From Antedon mediterranea (taxonomy: Eukaryota > Animalia > Echinodermata), in contig NC_092677.1 in the NCBI RefSeq assembly GCF_964355755.1, forward strand, positions 24,415,175-24,479,174: a stretch of 64,000 nt of DNA. The letters are read 5' to 3'. The notes under the pieces are model-generated. The model worked only from the letters and a program-made list of their open reading frames with translations, ran no database searches and was not told where the DNA came from. Position numbers and translations under genes: made by a program. Positions 13,068 through 26,820 of this stretch are shown in pieces; within the stretch, counting starts at the first letter, position 1, and every line of letters starts with the position of its first letter.

Positions 13068-14453
13068 GTAAGTGTTATTCTTCATCATATCCACATACGT
13101 ACCTCCATACTGTATATCATGTTATATACACATTACACACATTGTACATATACATCGTAACCTTATTTGGTTACTTTTGTCAACATGGATTATTTTCATA
13201 ATAATTCATTATTGAGTAAATCAAAATTATAGTATTTATTAGTTTGTTACCAATATTAGGAATATTTAGCCTGTGAATCAAATTTAAGTTAGTAAGCTAT
13301 AAGATTTTAAAAGAAATGTTTAATTTTATTCGTATTTATTCATTCATTTTGACACACCAGCCCTGGTTTTTATTCTTACAAAGTTATTACAATTTAATCT
13401 CACTCTTATTTGTTGTGACGAAATACCTCTCCTCATAGAATTGACCAATATACATTAACTATTTGCTTAATTAAACAGGTATTTACAGGACAACAATATA
13501 ACTACTATTGATCAAGGCGCCTTCTCTGTTTTTGCCTCATCACTTGGAAAACTGTAAGTAATTTATTCTGAAATTCATATGCAGTTTCTCGAAATAATTA
13601 ATCACTTCAATTAGGTACTTTTCTTATGCTATAAACATGTTATCCAAGAAAAAACGGTATCAACAGGATAGGTTTACATACATTTTTTAAACATGGGTAA
13701 ATTTTTACATTCATTATTGTATCTGGCTCATTCCATGGAGTTGAACATGAGAAAGCATTTTAAAAGTTAATCTAACAACAACTAGAACAAACAACTTTTT
13801 ATATAATTAAACATATAAGTAGAAGGATTATCTTAAGTGCCGACGGTGATAAAAATATTATTTTGAGACTACATTGTATCAGTTAGACACTAAATTGATT
13901 GTGGTATACCTTCATTAATACGATATCACTAAAACGACATCGGTGCTACCCAAATGAGACATACTCGTAGATATTTAGTTACATGTGAGCTACACTCATT
14001 GACACTGATTTGATATTTGTTTCCATATTTATTTTTTTTACAGAGACATCAGACGCAACAATTTACAAGTTTACAGAGAAAGTACTTTTGAAGAATTGAA
14101 ATATATAACAGAATTGTAAGTATTATGTCGGATTTAGAAATTCTTTATATTCATTAAATGATATTTTTATTTTGTTTTAACACAGTTACCAATTCCACAT
14201 GCATGCCGACAGTGGCCCAACAAAATTGTTTATGTAGGCCTACAGCTTTTAGGTTATTTTAAATTTCTCCTTCACTTCTATCTTTTAAATTGGTCGTACA
14301 CGTCATACTTTTACTATACGAGTAGATTTGATTGGCTGTAAAGTAGTCGTTATTCCACCTGTTATAGAACTAAAACCATTATAAACATTGTTATAGTAGG
14401 CTACTACTGTATTTAACAACTTCCATTAAATTCTATTGTTTTTTTTAACATAG

Positions 14454-15375
14454 ATATTCAGATTTGTTTCGTCTCTGTTGCCTTGTTGGAGAAATTGAAG
14501 TATGTGAGCCTACTGATGCATTTGCGTCATGCGCTGACTTACTAAAGAGAGAAGTTCTTAGGATATTGATGATAGTTATTGGACTGTCATCTTTGATTGG
14601 TAACTTGATTGTCATCATATCGCGAAGGATAAACAAAGAAAATAGTTCTACAGTTGATTCTATTCTACTCACTAATCTTGCCGCGTCTGACCTCCTGATG
14701 GCAATTTATTTGCTGATCATCGCAGGTGCGGATATACACTACAGAGGAAGGTACGCGAAGGTTGCCAGCGAATGGAAAAACAGCTTTCTCTGCTCTTTTT
14801 CCGGTGCTATTTCAACACTGTCTGGGCAGTGTTCCGTGTCAACCTTGATGCTTATGAGTGTTAACCGTGCTATAAACATCGTCTATCCATTCAGCACCAA
14901 ACGGCTCAAACGTACGAAATGCAAAATTATCATCGGAATTGCTTGGCTGGTATGGCTTTTTATTAGTTTTCTTCCACTGGTAGCTAACAAGTCACATGTT
15001 GGCATACCGTATTTTGGCGAGAACTACTACGGAAAACAGAGTGTGTGTCTCGCGTTGCCACTAACACGACATCGATTACCAGGCTGGGAGTACGCCACTG
15101 CCATATTCATCGCATTCAATGGCTTGGGGTTTTTTGTTATCGCAGCAAGTTATCTGACGATTTTCCTCTCCGTTAAGAGATCTGCAATCACGGCTAACAG
15201 AATGCAGAGACGAGAAGAGGAAATCAAAATGGCCGTGAAACTAGGGTTTATTGTTTTCACCGATTTCTGTTGCTGGTTTCCCATCATAGTAATGGGAATT
15301 TGTTCAGAGATGGAGTGGTGGAGAATTCCTGATGATATATACGTTTGGGCAGCAACATTTATTAATTCCCATTAA
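14454..15375 (+). CDS. Hinge + 7TM terminal exon, copy 1 (truncated in TM7)
   Basis: ORF 14464-15375: LFRLCC..CEPTDAFASCADLL hinge, GN (TM1), NLAASD (TM2), FTDFCCWFP (TM6); lacks NPxxY. Confidence 0.9.
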
Positions 15376-15622
15376 CTCATCAGTAAACCCATATCTTTAC
15401 ACAATTATCTATATGTGTAAAAGCGAGCGCAGGCCATAAAGAGCTGACATTCCCCGTGCTTTCTCAGTTTATTTATTTACTACATTTATTTATTCAATTT
15501 TGATTCACAAGGGTAGCTCTAACAGGTGTACTAGTACAGCTATCTTGAAGAGGCCCTTTTAAAAACATTATACAATTATACAAAAAGACATTCAAACATC
15601 AAATTACAAATAGATCCATAAA

Positions 15623-15696
15623 GCCTGTTTTCCTGTCGATCGTTAAGTTGCGCTAAGTTGCGTTGACATATTCAACGATTTGACAGGAAAAGGGGG
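15623..15696. repeat. Small hairpin/MITE-like element in the 3' flank
   Basis: ttcctgtcgatcgtt..aacgatttgacaggaa inverted arms around a variable number of 10-bp (t)aagttgcgy repeats; also near 27003, 40420, 56808. Confidence 0.55.
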
Positions 15697-18224
15697 TAAA
15701 AAATCAACGTTACAAATCGTTAAAGTCTGAAATCATAAAATTACAAGTAGATTCATAAAGTTAAAATTCAGGTTTTTAAAAAGTTAAAACATTACAAGTT
15801 AAAATATTAAAATTTACGGAGTAATTTATTTTTGCAAACTACTCCATCAAGAAACTAAAAGAAAATTACTACATTTGAGTTTTGAACTCTGCACTTTTAT
15901 TTTTTACTTGTTATTCTTGATTCTAGTGTTTTTATCAGATATTATTCGGAGTTTGTATTGGGTACACTGTGACGGGTACAAGTAGTACCATTAGGGTGTG
16001 TTCCATGTATATATAGGAATTATAGGTGTAAAGGAATTATAGATATATTTATTTCAATAAACACCATTGCAACAACAAAAAAAACAAAAAAAAACACATT
16101 ATGTTTAAATTTTGTTTTTTGAGCTACATTGTTTGTCTGTTGATAAGTGTGTAGTTTAGAAAGATTAGGTTGGTTGATTGTAAAGTATAGTAAATTATCA
16201 AATTGATTTATTACAAATTAAATATTATATTTGTTATCTTTGTGAATATTTTGTATATAAAGATACATTTGAATAATTAGTTTCATTATTTATTTAATTT
16301 GTTAAGATATTGAGTGTATCTGACAAAGGACAAACAAAAGGATTTAGTATAGATTGAGATGTGCACAAACTCGGCTAGTAAGATTTACTATCAGTCTTGT
16401 GTTTTGTCTTTTAACTTTGTAACTGTGTGTTTGTCTGTATTCAATTCATCCTATGTACGTTTAATTATTCACGTTTTTTTCAAACTTTGCATTTAGATCA
16501 ACAAAATACTTTCTTTATTATCTGTAATAAACAGCTATATACTCAGTCGGAATACTAATAAATATTAGATGGAAAAGAATTATTGTATCTTTATAATTAT
16601 TTGGTTCCTACATTGGTTTAAACTTAATGAGATACAACTGAATATTGGAAGCAATATATCGTCAATTAATAGATGATCCTATAACATATGTTTTATGTAA
16701 TTTGTCGGATACCACTTTTTCATGGAGTTTACATAAATAATAATATTATCTGACTACATGTGTTTTTGTAATTTTGCAACGTGGCAAATTAATATTGCTT
16801 TATATTGCTCCACATGTTTAACAATAAGCACCTCACTGATGTGTTGAGTTGGATACAGACTGCATGTTTAGAACCTAAACATGTTCATATCTAAACATGT
16901 TTAAGGCTAAATGTGTGGAAAACGTTGGTACAAATAGATGTTTAAGATCTACACTATTTTTACAGTGATAATATGATTTTTGTTTGCTCGTCTGATTTCG
17001 CTGATGTCATCATCTGCCAGGGATGAATATTTCTATTTGTACAAATAAAACAAAATATTTCGTTGAGACAAGAACTAACTGATTATGTTGTATTCAGTGA
17101 TATTTGAGAAAGTGTTGCCTAACTCAATGGTAATCCTAAACGAATGTGTCCATCATAGAAGGACATACACATGGCTGCGTACAGTCGCGTGCTCAAGTTA
17201 GTGTTTACCGACCAACCGACATGTAGAGTCGCGTTGCACGTGACTAAAAACCGAAGCGAAAACCATTTTGACCGTATAAATGGTTTTTTTAACCTAAAAT
17301 TATATTTTAATTTATGGGTCTTGTGCTTTTAAAACTAAATTTCTTTCCATTCATATCCAAAATTTCAACATACTCAAATGGTATTATCTAATTTATATTT
17401 AAATTGCACGTGCCATAATTAACTCACTCCTTTGTAGATTCATCCTCACACTAAGAGTTTTGTATTTTCAAATAACAGTGCAAAATCCACTCACCTACAG
17501 ATTCATTATATTCCCAACAGTGTCTATTCTCAATTTAATTCCTAGAACTTACATTGCCTGATGCTCAACACTGCTTTGCTTTAAGTATAAATACTGATTT
17601 TGAATTCAGTATAACAACTAGATTCATTTCAGCCACAACAAGCGGTTTTGTTCATATTTAATTCTGAGTAAAAGACGGAGCTGATGCTTCAACCTCTTTG
17701 CGTAAAAAAAAAAATTCTGCAACAAGATACAAGAAACTTTTTTTTTTGTCTTCGTAAAAACAAAGAAATGTCGGTTGTCAGCAAATCCCATTAAAAAGAT
17801 ACATATACATAAACGGACTAAAGAATGACAATTAGTTACTTAGACTACTATTTTTTATATAAACAAAGACTTCTTATTTTTATTAAATAAAAAATATTGT
17901 TTGATTTAAAGATGTATTGTACCCCAAAACATAAAAAAATGAAGATTAATTTTTAAAAAGACTTTGAATAGGCCATTTCGCTGTGTTGATTAAGTTAATA
18001 ACTTCTATAGAAAAAAGGATTTTATAATAAAATAAGGTTTTCACTTATAAAAAGACAAATTAGCGGTAAAATTCAACCAAAAACTGGATCGAAAAAAAAA
18101 TTATTTTCCTGAAAAAATGTAATTTAAAGCAAAAAAAAAAAACTTAAATGGTTTTGTTACAATTAACCGTTTCTCTTGTCTTTTTATAAGTGAAATAATT
18201 ATTTTGTTGATTTGTTTTAAAGTA

Positions 18225-18257
<33 letters not shown>

Positions 18258-18262
18258 AACAC

Positions 18263-18296
<34 letters not shown>

Positions 18297-19171
18297 TGGT
18301 AGGACGTGACATAGCGCATTATGCTGAAAGCCTCAATGCGCTTTACATAGACAGAAACGATTAGAAAATTACAAATTAAAAAGGTGGGTTTATAAATAAA
18401 TAAATAGCTTTATTAAAACTTTTTTAGTTTTTTGGGGGACAATACATCTTTAACTATTTGTTTGTTTTAAATTAGGGCCTACAGTTTTTTCAGGTAAATT
18501 TTTTTTTTCGATCCAATTTTTTGAATAACTACTGTATTATGTGACATTAAAATGGCATATTAAAAAACATTTAAAAAAAACATTTTCAGGGGGACAATAT
18601 CTTATCAAAACCGTTAGTTACACCAGTTAAATATACTCTATATGATGACGTGTTTATGTTTAAAGCTCCACAGGTATATATATGAGACATATTGAATTAT
18701 CAAAAGAAAAGCAAAGTTCAATAATTAAATCATATTGCCCACAACCTGGTCTGGTAATGTAATTTAATACACTTTAAGTGAATGTCATCTCAAAAATTAA
18801 TGAAGACAATCATGAAATAATTAGGCCTAGGTCTATGCATTATATTAGTGAGCTTTTGACAAACTAACGGTTTATTTCTATTACCGATTTAATACGTATG
18901 TAAGAAGATGTTCATCTTTAAAGACGCAAGAATACTAGTACTAGGCCTAGTACTAGAACTATTGCCATTCTGTCTCACAAATAATGCCAGACCTGGTATG
19001 TATTAAATGCATTTAAAATTTAGAACTAAGTGACTGCTAAACATGAACTATCATCACTATCTAAGTAGGCCTGTGTCTGAATAATCATGGGCAATGTCAG
19101 ATATTTTAGATACTATTATCTGTTCTGGGACCGTCTTCTCACATCTATTTCTGCATTCTTATAATAACTAT

Positions 19172-19847
19172 TTCGCTTTTTAGTGATGCTGTCATTGTCC
19201 ACAGTTCACAATTATACAGAAAGATGCTTGTAATGTATACGTTGAAGACTCTCATTTCCAGGTTTATTGTTATTTTTCTATTTTGGAGTATGTGATTTAT
19301 CTTGCTGAAAGCTGCTAATGCGAGACATTTTCTGTTATTAACATCCTCTCTGGTTCCCAATTTACTTCCAAGGAATTTGCAGTTTCGCCAGTCTCCATTT
19401 CCTTTCCTTTTTATTTTAAAATCTTCTGTTTTTGACGGGTTAACTTTTAGATTATAGTCTATCACTATATCACTAAAAAGCGAAATAGATGTCTTTCAAA
19501 GAAAATTCCTAAAGAGAATAATAGGTATAAGGTGGCCGGAGAAAATAAAAAATGAAGATTTGTACAAAAGAACAGGAGAAATTGAGTGGAGTAAGAACGT
19601 AAAGAAAAGAAGACTGACATGGTATGGTCACCTGCTCCGTTTAAATGAAAACACACCAGCTAAGATCGCACTCGGAGAGGCTCAGAGAAAGACCAAAAGG
19701 AAGACCAAAAACAACATGGATGGCAAACATAAAAAAGGAAACAGAACTGTTCACACGCGGACCTATACACATGCTTGCTCAAAAACGTACTGAGTGTCGA
19801 ACACAAGTGAGACACGCAATGTCTAACGACGATTAGCGTTTTGGGAG
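19172..19847. mobile_element. 5'-truncated, 5'-inverted RTE-like non-LTR retrotransposon in intron 1 of copy 2
   Basis: Minus part encodes KVNPSKTE..KFLGS..SIFLYNCELWTMT; plus part continues ..KKRRLTWYGHLLRL..RPKGRPKTTW (RT C-terminal region). TSD ATAATAACTAT at 19161-19171 and 19848-19858. Absent from the other copies. Confidence 0.88.
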
Positions 19848-20029
19848 ATAATAACTATATCTTTCGTTCATACTTTATGTTGGGTCATTTTTTTTACTAA
19901 TTAATACTGTACTGTGTAAAACATAGATGTTTCGGTTTTTTACTATTGTTCTCAGGTTTTGTGAAATTGTCAAAACTTTATACAGATAAACCGCATATCA
20001 AGGTATTCAATCTTGTTTCAAAGTGTTTT

Positions 20030-20302
20030 TCTGTTAGTGTTCAAATGTCCACGATACAACAGTATTGACAACACGTAACATTTGTTTAGTGTTTGGTTCT
20101 GTTAGTGTTCAAGTTTCCATCATACAACAGTGTTGAAAGCGCGTAGCATTTTGTTAGTGTTTGAATACACGATCAGGTTTTTGTATCGTGTTTGGTTCTG
20201 TCAGTGTCCATGTTTCCACCGTACAACAGTGTTGAATACACGATCAGGTTTTTGCATCGTGTTTGGTTCTGTCAGTGTCCATGTTTCCACCATACAGCAG
20301 TG
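20030..20302. repeat. ~60-bp minisatellite, short version (copy 2)
   Basis: Same unit, about 4-5 copies. Confidence 0.88.
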
Positions 20303-21549
20303 TAACATTAATCTGTATCCTGTGGTATACAGCCGCAATAACGTATCACTGTGTGCGTATATGGCGAAGTCTATACGGTACCGGACACAGTCGAATACAT
20401 TTATTTTAAAGAAAATCTTATTTTGGAACTTATTAAATTATTATTAACAAGGCCATATGCATGGCTGCAGTCGCGTGCTCAAGTTAGTGTTTACCAACCA
20501 ACCGACCGACATAGTGAGCGCGTTGCACGCGACTCAAAAGCTAAGCATTAAACTATTGGGAACTCATGATACAATACATTCCAATTAATTGTTTATGATG
20601 CTTTCTGTTTTCTTCATTTTTAATTTTAAGGGTTTAACCGTATTTTATGTTGAACATAAAATTTTAAGAGGATAATTATTAATAACAGTTTTGCAAATTT
20701 GCCATCTATGATTTATTCTAAAAGTTGTATTCATGTAAATATAATGTTTGATTTATACATACCTACTGTACAAAATAATTTTGGACTAATGTTTTTTTTT
20801 ATTGGTGAACATCGACGAATAGTTCTGTATAGACTTCACAAACAAAATGTTCAGTTTATCCACAGGGTTGCTATGACCACAAGATTGTTTTATCGCTTAA
20901 TGGTGTAGGTTGTTCGCCATGGAACATGAATACAGTTGCAGAACTCATTAAGTATAATAAACAAAGCACCATATTATCATTGTAAGTATTGAAGTGTACA
21001 TGCGGTTGCTTTTAAGTAAATACAGAATTTACGTTTTTTGGTGATAAACCGCTAACTTTGTTTATTTCTCAATGTAGAGGGTATTGCTAAACCGAAAACT
21101 TTAAAAAAACATAGTAAACCCCATCGAACCAACATAAAAAAGTAGAATTTATTTCGTCACTTTGACGAATTGATCATTGTGATAAAAAAAATATATTAAA
21201 ATTTGAGCGCAAAGCGTTGTAGTGCTGCTGAGTTGTGCCTATTGTGTAGTCTAGTCATAGAATATATAAGGACTATGTTTTAATGGCATGATGACGTTAT
21301 CCAAATCAAAGAAAGAAAATTACAGAATTGTAAATTGTCCAAGATAGACCATGATTTATTACTGAGATTTTTTCAAAAACACGGGTGAAATGGACTGATA
21401 CTGCTAAGAGAGAGAAATGCCTAATAAAGAAAAAAAAAGCATTGTATTTTGTAATTCTCACACTCTAGGCCCTTAATGTTTATTTCTGTTTGTTTTTATA
21501 TTTCTTTAATGAATAATTAAACTTTCTTTTACATTTCATAACTTTAAAG

Positions 21550-23883
21550 AGGTTTGTACAGCAATAACATTAGTACATTGACAGAGAATGCATTCGCTGG
21601 TTTGGAATCATTGGAATTACTGTAAGTGACGTTGTTTATGTTTACATACCTATGACGTTACTGCACAAATATACACATTATTATTTAAAAACAATACTGT
21701 AATTTAAAACTAGTAGTAGTACATAAATATATAGGCCAAATGCTTATTTGTGTCATATTTTAAATTAAATTCTTCATTCTTCCGTTGCAAAATGTAAATT
21801 AAATGGTGAGTTTATTTGCTGATAAGCACAAACGGATGTATAAAAGTATTATTGTCAGAAATCTTAATAAATGTGATAATTCATTTAAAAAAATCCACAT
21901 CAATCTATATTTATTTATTTGAAAAAAATGTTGATTGTCTTTGAATTGTTTAATGAATTATTTAGTAGTATTAGTATGCATGGTATATAATTAATGAAAC
22001 TATATATCTTTTACATTTCACAACTTTTAAGGCAATTGCAAAACAATCAAATTAGAACATTGACAGAGAATGCATTCGCTGGTTTGAAATCATTGGAAGT
22101 ACTGTAAGTGACGTTGTTTATGTTTACATACCTATGACGTTAATCTTAATGTTATTTACTGCACAATAAACACATATTTAAAAACAATATTTTAAAACTA
22201 GTACATAAATATATAGGCCAATGCTTATTGTGTCATATTCAAAATGAAATTCCTCAATATTAAACTGTATGAAAGCAAACTTGAGCCTGAAACTGTAAAG
22301 GCTTTCCGTTACAAAATGTAAATTAAATGGCTAGTTTAGCAATTATTTTCTGTTAATCACACAATGATTGTATAAATGTGTTATTGTCAGAAATCTTAAT
22401 AAAGGTGATAATTCATTGCAAAAAATCCACATCAGTCTATATTTAATTTATATTTCAATAATCTAAAAATGTTTCATTGTTATATTTAATAAGTATTTAG
22501 CAGCATAGTAGGCCTGTGGTGTAATGAATAAAACAACAATACATACAATATGTGATGTAAGATATATGATGTGTGCTTTTTTAATGAAATCAAATCGTTC
22601 AATCAAATAACAGGAAATATTCAGGTGTTATATAGTATGGTATAATTAATAAAAACTATCTTTTACATTTCATAATTTTGAAGGTGGTTGTACAACAATC
22701 AAATTAGTACATTGACAGCCAATGCATTTGCTGGTTTGGAATCATTGGAATGGCTGTAAGTGACGTTGTTTATGTTTACATACCTATGACGTTAATCCTA
22801 ATGTTATTTAGCACAATATACACATATTTACAAAACAATATTTTAAAACTAGTACATAAATATATAGGCCAATGCTTATTGTGTCATATTCTAAATGAAA
22901 TTCCTCAATATTAAACTGTATGAAAGCAAACTTGTGCCTGAAACTGTAAAGGCTTTCCGTTGCAAAATGTAAATTAAATGGTGAGTTTAGCAATTATTTG
23001 CTGATATGCTCACAATGATGTATAAAAGTGTTATTGTCAGAAATCACAATAAAGGTGATAATTCATTGCAAAGCATCCACATCAGCCTACATTTATTCAT
23101 GAATTATTTAGCAGTATAATATGGTATAATTAATAAAACTGTCATATTTCACAACTTTAAAGGTCGTTAAGGAGAAATCAAATTAGTACATTGACAGAGA
23201 ATGCATTCGCTGGTTTGAAATCATTAAGAGAACTGTAAGTGACGTTGTTTATGTTTACATATGACGTTAATCCTAATGTTATTTACTGCACAATATACAC
23301 ATATTTAAAAAACAATATTTTTAAACTAGTACATAAATATATAGGCCAATGCTTATTGTGTCATATTCAAAATAAAATTCCTCAATATTAAACTGTATGA
23401 AAGCAAACTTGAGCCTGAAACTGTAAAGGCTTTCCGTTGCAAAATGTAAATTTATATGGTGAGTTTAGCAATTATTTACTGATATGCTCACAATGATGTA
23501 TAAAAGTGTTATTGTCCGAAATCTTAATAAAGGTGATAATTCATTGCAAAAAATCCACATCAGTCTATATTTAATTTATATTTCAATAATCTAAAAATGG
23601 TTCATTGTTATATTTAATAAGTATTTAGCAGCATAGTAGGCCTGTGGTGTAATGAATAAAACAACAATACACACAATATGTATACATAGATATATGGTGT
23701 GTGCTTTTTTAATGAAGTCAAATCATTCAATCAAATAACATGAAATATTCAGGTGTTATATAGTATGGTATAATTAATAAAAACTATCTTTTACATTTCA
23801 TAATTTTGAAGGTGGTTGCAAAACAATCAAATTAGTACATTGACAGAGAATGCATTTGCTGGTTTGGAATCATTGAAATACCT
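21550..23883 (+). repeat. LRR exon-cassette array, copy 2 (5 exons)
   Basis: GLYSNN..ELL, QLQNNQ..EVL, WLYNNQ..EWL, SLRRNQ..REL, WLQNNQ..KYL; all 72 bp with AG/GT ends. Confidence 0.95.
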
Positions 23884-24630
23884 GTAAGTGTTATTCTTCA
23901 TCATATCCACATACGTACCTCCATACTGTATATCATGTTATATACACATTACACACATTGTACATATACATCGTAACCTTATTTTGTTACTTTTGTCAAC
24001 ATGGATTATTTTCATAATAATTCACTATTGAGTAAATCAAAATTATAATATTTATTAGTTTGTTACCAATATTAGGAATATTTAGCCTGTGAATCAAATT
24101 TAAGTTAGTAAGCTATAAGATTTAAAAAGAAATTTTTAATTTTATTCGTATTTATTCATTCATTTTGACACACCAGCCCTAATTTTTATTTTTACAAAGT
24201 TATTACAATTTAATCTCACTCTTATTTGTTGTGACGAAATACCTCTCCTCATAGAATTGACCAATATACATTAACTATAGCTTAATTAAACAGGTATTTA
24301 CAGGACAACAATATAACTACTATTGATCAAGGCGCCTTCTCTGTTTTTGCCTCATCACTTGGAAAACTGTAAGTAATTTATTCTGAAATTCATATGCAGT
24401 TTCTCGAAATAATTAATCACTTCAATTAGGTACTTTTCTTATGCTATAAACATGTTATCCAAGAAAAAACGGTATCAACAGGATAGGTTTACATACATTT
24501 TTTAAACATGGGTAAATTTTTACATTCATTATTGTATCTGGCTCATTCCATGGAGTTGAACATGAGAAAGCATTTTAAAAGTTAATATAACAAGTAGAAC
24601 AAACAACTTAAGTGGATTTACACTAATAAT

Positions 24631-25218
24631 TACTTTGTATCTGTAACGTTAAAATATATACCAATGATAGATACATATAAAGTAGAAGGATTATCTTCGT
24701 GAGGTGGTTTCCCGAATGATCGTAAAATCAAAAACGGTAATGTGTATGACCAACTAGCGTTATTGTCACCGGCTAGTCATCCATTCATAGAAGTACTGAT
24801 GTAGTAGCCTACCTGTACGGAGACCATAGAATGTGACCCGAGGCATGACTAACTACGACTTTAGATGATAGGAAGTTGAGAAAAAATGTTACGAGTAGTT
24901 GTACGACATGAAGATGTTTATGAAATTATGTCAATAATGTTTACACACTAGGCATACAAATAGTAATGTTTGTTAGTAAAAATAATTTTGAGTTAATAAG
25001 AATAAGATATAAGAAAGAAAAGCAAAGAGACTATGGAGCGGCTATTCCTGAATATACAATACTAAAGTATCGTAGATTTAAATTATAAATTTTAGGCGAT
25101 CTTGTCAAAGGTCAAGCGCCATATAGCCTGCCACGTTTCGATATTCAATATTGAACTTGACCTTACTTTGTATCTGTAACGTTAAGGATAGATACATATA
25201 AAGTAGAAGGATTATCTT
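24631..25218 (-). repeat. Intronic block homologous (inverted, diverged) to the 967-bp satellite, copy 2
   Basis: Reverse complement of ~25030-25163 matches 771-905 (aggtcaagttcaatattgaatatcgaaacgtggcaggct..cttgacctttgacaagatcgcctaaa); bounded by ~55-65-bp direct repeats. Confidence 0.8.
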
Positions 25219-25835
25219 AAGTGCCGACGGTGATAAAAATATTATTTTGAGACTACATTGCATCAGTTAGACACTAAATTGATTGTGGTATACCTTCATG
25301 AATACGATATCACTAAAACGACATCGGTGCTATCCAAATGAGACATACTCGTAGATATTTAGTTACATGTGAGCTACACTCATTGACACTGATTTGATAT
25401 TTGTTTCCATATTTATTTTTTTACAGAGACATCAGACGCAACAATTTACAAGTATACAGAGAAAGTACTTTTGAAGAATTGAAATATATAACAGAATTGT
25501 AAGTATTATGTCGGATTTAGAAATTCTTTATATTCATTAAATGATATTTTTATTTTGTTTTAACACAGTTACCAATTCCACATGCATGCCGACAGTGGCC
25601 CAACAAAATTGTTTATGTAGGCCTACAGCTTTTAGGTTATTTTAAATTTCTCCTTCACTTCTATCTTTTAAATTGGTCGTACACGTCATACTTTTACTAT
25701 ACGAGTAGATTTGATTGGCTGTAAAGCAGTCGTTATTCCACCTGTTATAGAACTAAAACCATTATAAACATTGTTATAGTAGGCTACTACTGTATTTAAC
25801 AACTTCCATTAAATTCAATTGTTTTTTTAACATAG

Positions 25836-26820
25836 ATATTCAGATTTGTTTCGTCTCTGTTGTGTTGTTGGAGAAATTGAAGTATGTGAGCCTACTGATG
25901 CTTTTGCGTCATGCGCTGACTTACTAAAGAGAGAAGTTCTTAGGATATTGATGTTAGTTATTGGACTGTCATCTTTGATTGGTAACTTTTTTGTCATCAT
26001 ATCGCGAAGGATAAACAAAGAAAATAGGTCTACAGTTGATTCTATTCTACTCACTAATCTTGCCGCGGCTGACTTGCTGATGGCAATTTATTTGCTGATC
26101 ATCGCAGGTGCGGATATACACTACAGAGGAAGGTACGCGAAGGTTGCCAGCGAATGGAAAAACAGCTTTCTCTGCTCTTTTTCCGGTGCTATTTCAACAC
26201 TGTCTGGGCAGTGTTCCGTGTCAACCTTGATGCTTATGAGTATTAACCGTGCTATAAACATCGTCTATCCATTCAGCACCAAACTGCTCAAACGTACGAA
26301 ATGCAAAATTATCATCGGTATTGCTTGGCTGGTATGGCTTTTTATTAGTTTCCTTCCACTGGTAGCTAACAAGTCACATGTCGGCATACCGTATTTTGGC
26401 GAGAACTACTACGGAAAACAAAGTGTGTGTCTCGCGTTGCCACTAACACGACATCGATTACCAGGCTGGGAGTACGCCACTGCCATATTCATCGCATTCA
26501 ATGGCTTGGGGTTTTTTGTTATCGCAGCAAGTTATCTGACGATTTTCCTCTCCGTTAAGAGATCTGCAATCACGGCTAACAGAATGCAGAGACGAGAAGA
26601 GGAAATCAAAATGGCCATGAAACTAGGGTTTATTGTTTTCACCGATTTCTGTTGCTGGTTTCCCATCATAGTAATGGGAATTTGTTCAGAGATGGAGTGG
26701 TGGAGAATTCCTGATGATATATACGTTTGGGCAGCAACATTTATAATTCCCATTAACTCATCAGTAAACCCATATCTTTACACAATTATCTATATGTGTA
26801 AAAGCGAGCGCAGGCCATAA
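25836..26820 (+). CDS. Hinge + 7TM terminal exon, copy 2 (rhodopsin-class, LGR type C/GRL101-like)
   Basis: 324-aa ORF with seven hydrophobic segments, VCLALP in ECL2, FTDFCCWFP, PINSSVNPYLY; catag acceptor. Confidence 0.95.

Larger units (their letters stand above)
5305..15439 (+). pseudogene. LRR-GPCR copy 1 (GRL101/RXFP-like), 8 variable LRR exons, frameshift in TM7
   Basis: GT-AG exons: 5305-5392, 7321-7477, 8545-8616, 9074-9145, 9721-9792, 10551-10622, 11202-11273, 11832-11903, 12350-12421, 12996-13067, 13479-13553, 14044-14115, terminal from 14454. All phases are compatible. An extra T near 15363 (tttattaattccc vs tttataattccc) stops the ORF at 15375, before NPYLY; could be a sequencing error. 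Confidence 0.8.
18908..26820 (+). pseudogene. LRR-GPCR copy 2, 5 variable LRR exons; N-cap exon out of frame at the canonical acceptor
   Basis: Exons 18908-18995, 20823-20981 (159 bp, frameshifted relative to the 157-bp version), 21550-21621, 22032-22103, 22684-22755, 23163-23234, 23812-23883, 24294-24368, 25427-25498, 25836-26820. A cryptic acceptor at 20854 would restore frame. Confidence 0.65.

Noticed and set aside
14445-14672. Minus-strand ORFs overlapping the GPCR exons (also 7373, 25827, 26532, 39241, 39946, 55629, 56334, 62539)
   Set aside because: Antisense shadows of real coding exons.
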